The notes beneath the pieces are model-generated. The model was not told where the DNA came from, did not search any database, and saw only the letters and a list, made by a program, of their open reading frames with translations. A stretch of DNA of 64,000 nucleotides from Adineta vaga (lineage: Eukaryota; Animalia; Rotifera). A program made the position numbers and the translations under genes. The stretch is taken from the NCBI GenBank assembly GCA_021613535.1, contig CP075496.1:12028001-12092000 (forward strand), read 5' to 3'. Positions 59,202 to 64,000 of this stretch are shown here, piece by piece (the stretch's first letter is position 1; every line of letters starts with the position of its first letter).

Positions 59202-61918
59202 TTAATTAAGTTGATTGATAATTTCCGTTATTTCATGAAGAATACCTTGATTAACACGTGGCATATTGGCAAGAGCAGCATCAGCTTTATCTTTTGCTTC
59301 TTGTTTAGTTAAATCACCACGTAATGATAAAACTTGAATGACTTGTTCCATTGTTAAACTTGGATATTTTTTCGCTAATGTTGCTATTTCAAGAACAATG
59401 GAATCTAAATCGGTTTGTTCGAGAACATCGGCTATATTACTTAAAATATTAAAATGATATTCCGTAGCATTTTCAGCTGATGTTCCATCCCAAGATTTGA
59501 ATTCTTTATCAAGTAAGGCTGCTTCTGAACGTAATTGTTCAGCACATCGACGTCGTTCATCAGGACGTTCGAATTTAATTGTTATATTACGTGAAAATAG
59601 ATTTCGTAAATAATGAGCTAAAATACGTTTATGCCATGCATAGAACAAGAAAGCTAAGAGTGGTTTTTTCAAATGCGTTAATTCCGAACTCCAATAATCA
59701 CGTGTTGTTTCAATGATTGTACCACAACATGGTTTCGCTGTTGGACCAAACCATTCTCGTGTAAAAAGACCTTTCAAAAATTTAGATGTATCCGTTTCCA
59801 TTTCTTGTAGAACAATGTCACAACAAAATTCTGCTGTACGTTCGAATAATTTTCCTATACTTTCATATCGATTAAGTTGTTTTTGAGATGAACGTGAAAG
59901 ATCATCTAAATCATCGCGATCATATTTTTTTCGAACGACTTCCATAAAATTTGGTACGGATTCACAATTATTTGCATTAGCAACCATTTGTTTTGTAAAA
60001 CATTCGCGGAATGATTGTCGATCAGCGAAATATTTTTTCGCATAATTATTGATTTCATTAACATATAAATCACGAAATTCAGTAACTTTTTGTAAAATCA
60101 TTCCAAGAATTAATTGACACGTTTCATCGGACATTTGTTTGGCCATATCAAGTGTTTCAATTATCATATTATATAACATACGTGGCATTGTTGTTGCATA
60201 ATAATGTTCTGATGTTAATTCAACTTCTTTCAATGCATTCCAATCCTAAATATTAATAAAACAATTCAAAAGAGATGACATCCTTCTTTTCAAATATCAA
60301 CAAACCTTGACTTCGGATGATATAATGTTCGGTATCCATTCATTAAATTTCTGTTTTCTTTCATTAATAAATACATCTGTTACTGCAATTAATATATCCT
60401 TTTCTAGCAATGGAGATAATTGACTAACATCTAATCCTAATTCTGGTTTTCCCAAACATTCCGGACCTCTAGAAAATTCAAGATAGAGACGAAATTTATA
60501 CGAATATATCTTACAAATAATCACGAACAAATATGACAATAGTATAAACTTCTGCCGTTGTTAATGTATCGCTTTCAGTTCGTCGTTTTGGATCACATAT
60601 TTCTGTTAGATGTTCTTTAAGACAATTATGATAATAATCAAGAAAACGATTAACAATATCATATTGTTTTGGAAAACAACGACGACATGTTTTCTAGAAC
60701 AGAAGAAAGTTTTTCTTCTTCTCATCTTCGTATATTACCATCTTACTGTTATGATTAGAAAATCTCGTAAAAGGATTTGTCGACACATTTCTAAATGTCG
60801 TGCTAGCCAATATTTATGTTCTTCTCTTGTTTCTAATTGATTTCCTTCAATTCTAAAGAGAAAATTTTTAATATAGATTAGAAAAAATATGGAATTTGTA
60901 TTATACCGATCTTTCACACTTTTTCTTAATAATTCAAAACAAAGTTTTTTCCATTGTCTTGGTCGATCAGGTGGACTAAATCCCGATATTTCTTTTTTCT
61001 CCATCCAAAATCGATCCACTCTTAAAATAAAATCATTCTATTATTCAAAAATGTATCTTATTAACTTCGCTACATACTGTTCTTCTCGTTCGATAAGTCG
61101 TAAAGCTGTAACTAATTTTTCAGGTGCACTTATAGCACAATCGTACCATCGAGATACTCGAAATGCTATTAATTGTCTTAAATGTGCAACAAGTCTTTCA
61201 TAATCAGCAAAATAATTAGTTACTAATTGAATATCATCAGGTTGAGAATCTTTTTCTTGCGCTTTATGTAATTCAAATAGAAGGTAATTACGAGAATTTT
61301 CAATTTCCATAATCAATTGATGAGCTTGAAGAAGTTTTTCTTGAGCCATTAAATCATCTGCTTTCTTCACATTTTCAGGTGTTTTTATAATGTAATCGAG
61401 ATTAGCTTGAGCAAGTGATAATTGTCTAGAATATCCATATGATTCAATTTTAAACTCAATGAAAAAACAAAATCAATCTATTACCGATAAGTATTTGCTT
61501 CATGACGTAAATCTTCAAGTTTCGATTGTAATGGAGCTATTTTTTGTAATTTTTCATCTGTTTCACGCATTGTTCGTTCAACTGTTTTCATATTATCGAG
61601 TGAGATTTGTAACTGAGCAATACCAGTCTTAATACTTTCCAATTGTGATTGAACTGCTGTACGTAATTGTTCATCAAGAGTACGCTAGAAGCAATTAAAT
61701 AAAACAATATTCTCTCTATATTAAAGATAAAAAGGTAATACCTTTCGTTGAGCAGCTGCTGTACGTAATTGATCAAGTTTTTCGAGATTTTCTGGTTTTT
61801 CTAATTTAGCTTGAATAATTCGTAGTGCATTTGTTTCAGCTTCACGACGCATATCATCGAGAAGATTACTTTCAGCATTTTGTGTACTAGGTGATGTGAC
61901 ACCAACAAGTAATTCCAT
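59202..61918 (-). CDS. EXOC3: Exocyst complex component 3 (Sec6)
   Basis: LEKPENLEKLDQLR, LLQAHQLIMEIENSRNYLLFELH, PEKLVTALRLIEREE, PPDRPRQWK, WLARHLE, MVANANNC, LEIATLAKKYP...LSLRGD. Confidence 0.93.
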
Positions 61919-62497
61919 GATTAATAATTAATCTAAACTTAATCTGTTCATTAAGTAAATAGTATGAAAAGAACAATTCACATGCAATGTCACTTCCCAA
62001 TTCGATTCAAAATTAATATAATAGATGATTACTTCTGTACTGTAATGTAAATATAAGAAAAGAAAGGTATATAGCTGGGTTGGGTTGATCTTAATAGAAT
62101 GAATCATTGATTGAAATGAATGGTTGCATACATGACCGAATAGTGTTCTTTTGACTATATTTTTGGTTGAGAATTGAATAGTATTGGTTTAGATTTTATC
62201 CAGCTACTGACTCCCTCTTTCCTCTTGTCTGACAGGAGAATAAATATATATATATATATAGACTATAACTTAAAATAAACGCAACCAATGCACGATGATA
62301 AAAACTGGATCAAATGGGTACTTCGAACTCATAATTAATCGGAACTAAAAGTTAGTGTAGTTTTTAAAATTGAAAGTTCTTTGTAATCCAAACGTGAATT
62401 AAAACAATACATCATTTGTAATTATTTTAACACAATAGAAGTTATACGAATCTTATTATATTTATTTATTTATCATATGAACAGTAGCAATTGAACC

Positions 62498-64000
62498 ATG
62501 ACTCAAAAAATGATGAAAAATGTATCTGACTTAAATATATCAACATTAAATTGTAAAAACAATAAATCTAAAGAAGAAGAAGATGACGATGAACTTATCT
62601 TCGGAGCATTAGATGATGAAAATACATTACAAGACAAAATTGATGAAAAATCTCCATCATCAGATGAAGGTATTCAATTGCGTTCATCGATGGAACGAGG
62701 TAATAAACGTGAACGTACACATTCATCAATGAGTACAGTAGACGATGATTGGGAAAATATGTTACCAATTACTGAAAGTGATGGTCCTCTAACTACAACA
62801 CATAATCTTCGAGTAATTAATGAAAAAACTTCAAAAGAAGAGATTATTGGTATGTCAAATTTCCGTGCTAAACATCGTTTACGACGTCGTTCAAAAACAA
62901 ATATTCTTGTTCGTTGGAAAGAAGCAGTAAAAAAAGCTGTTCTATTAAAAGATCCTTGGTAAATAATTTTTCTTTATTCAAGTAGTTTTTTTCAATATAT
63001 ATTTGTAACGCTAATTAGGCATGATTTTATCATTGATCAATATCCAGAAGAAAACGTTACACGACATGAATTTGATCCAGTTAAACGGACATGGAATATT
63101 AATCAAATTAAAATCAAAATCGAATCGAAACCATTTGCACATGGTAGTATGAGAGAATGTTTTCGATTGTAAGTTAACCTTCCGATGATTGTATTGAGAA
63201 ATAACTATTCTATGCTATTGTTTAGAAAGAAACTTTCAATTTTCTCGGCACATCATGATTGGGATCATTCAAGTAATTACATTGCAAAACGATATATTGA
63301 AGATGTACCAATGGCACGTTATTTCGATGATGTTATGATGCAAATGACAACAAAACTATGGGCTACACATTACAATAAACATAATCCACCAAAAAAAGTA
63401 AAGAAGTTATTCTGTTCGTGCATAAGAATTCTCTTTTTTTCAAAAAGGTTGATATTGTTCAAATGAGTGTTCTGGAATTTCAAGATCGTCCCGGTCGACC
63501 TTATTATCATTTAGAACGATATATTGTAAGATTAAGAAATATGACGAATTGAAGTATTTCTATGAGACATTTTAGGATGGAAATTATATTAAATATAATT
63601 CAAATAGTGGTTTTGTTTGTGATGATACTTTACGACATACACCACAGGTTGGATATCTGTGTTAAATTGATTAGAAAAATCGAAAAGTGCTTTTTTTTTT
63701 GTTTGTTTTCTGTTCAATAGGCATTTAGTCATTTTACATTTGAAGCATCATGTCATGAACAGATTGTTGTTGATATTCAAGGTGTTGGTGATTTATATAC
63801 CGATCCACAAATTCATACGAGTCTAGGTTTTGAATATGGCGGTAAGAATCGATTAAATAAAATTTATTATTTTTAATGGATTATTTTTCTAGAAGGTAAT
63901 TTGGGTATTCGTGGTATGGCATTATTTTTTTCTACCCATGAATGTAATCCTATTTGTTCTCGTCTTGATCTAACACCATTTGATCTATCATCTGCGGAAC
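62498..64000 (+). CDS. EEF2K: Eukaryotic elongation factor 2 kinase (alpha-kinase), 3' end cut by the window
   Basis: Calmodulin-binding WKEAVKKA...DPW, PFAHGSMRECFRL, NYIAKRY, YIKYNSNSGFV, TPQAFSHFTFE, VVDIQGVGDLYTDPQIH, GNLGIRGMALFFSTHECNPIC. Confidence 0.95.

Overview
This is AT-rich, gene-dense animal DNA with many short (about 50-70 nt) spliceosomal introns. Intron size, an intronless F-box/LRR gene and an intron-containing bacterial-type gene suggest a bdelloid rotifer (inference only). Recognisable genes are HARS, LAMTOR4, a DUSP8/16-like phosphatase, EFA6/PSD (PDZ-Sec7-PH), SGSM3, SEC61G, an SVBP-like gene, ERICH6 (with an antisense gene nested in intron 1), EXOC3 and eEF2K (cut by the window end), plus several small orphan genes. 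Two features stand out. (1) A bacterial-type SMUG2/DUF4918 uracil-DNA glycosylase has gained an intron and an N-terminal KSKYF motif matching the eukaryotic MLH1-interacting (MIP) box. (2) A roughly 20 kb gene encodes a coiled-coil protein of about 5,000 aa with 11 CEP55/TNIP2 EABR-like N-x-x-W-x-x-Y repeats, many LC8-type TQT motifs, a second repeat family, a recent internal duplication and one apparent frameshift. Smaller points include a Gln-finger-to-Pro change in SGSM3, candidate mutually exclusive exons in ERICH6 and a GC-AG intron. All family calls come from motif recognition by eye; no searches were run.
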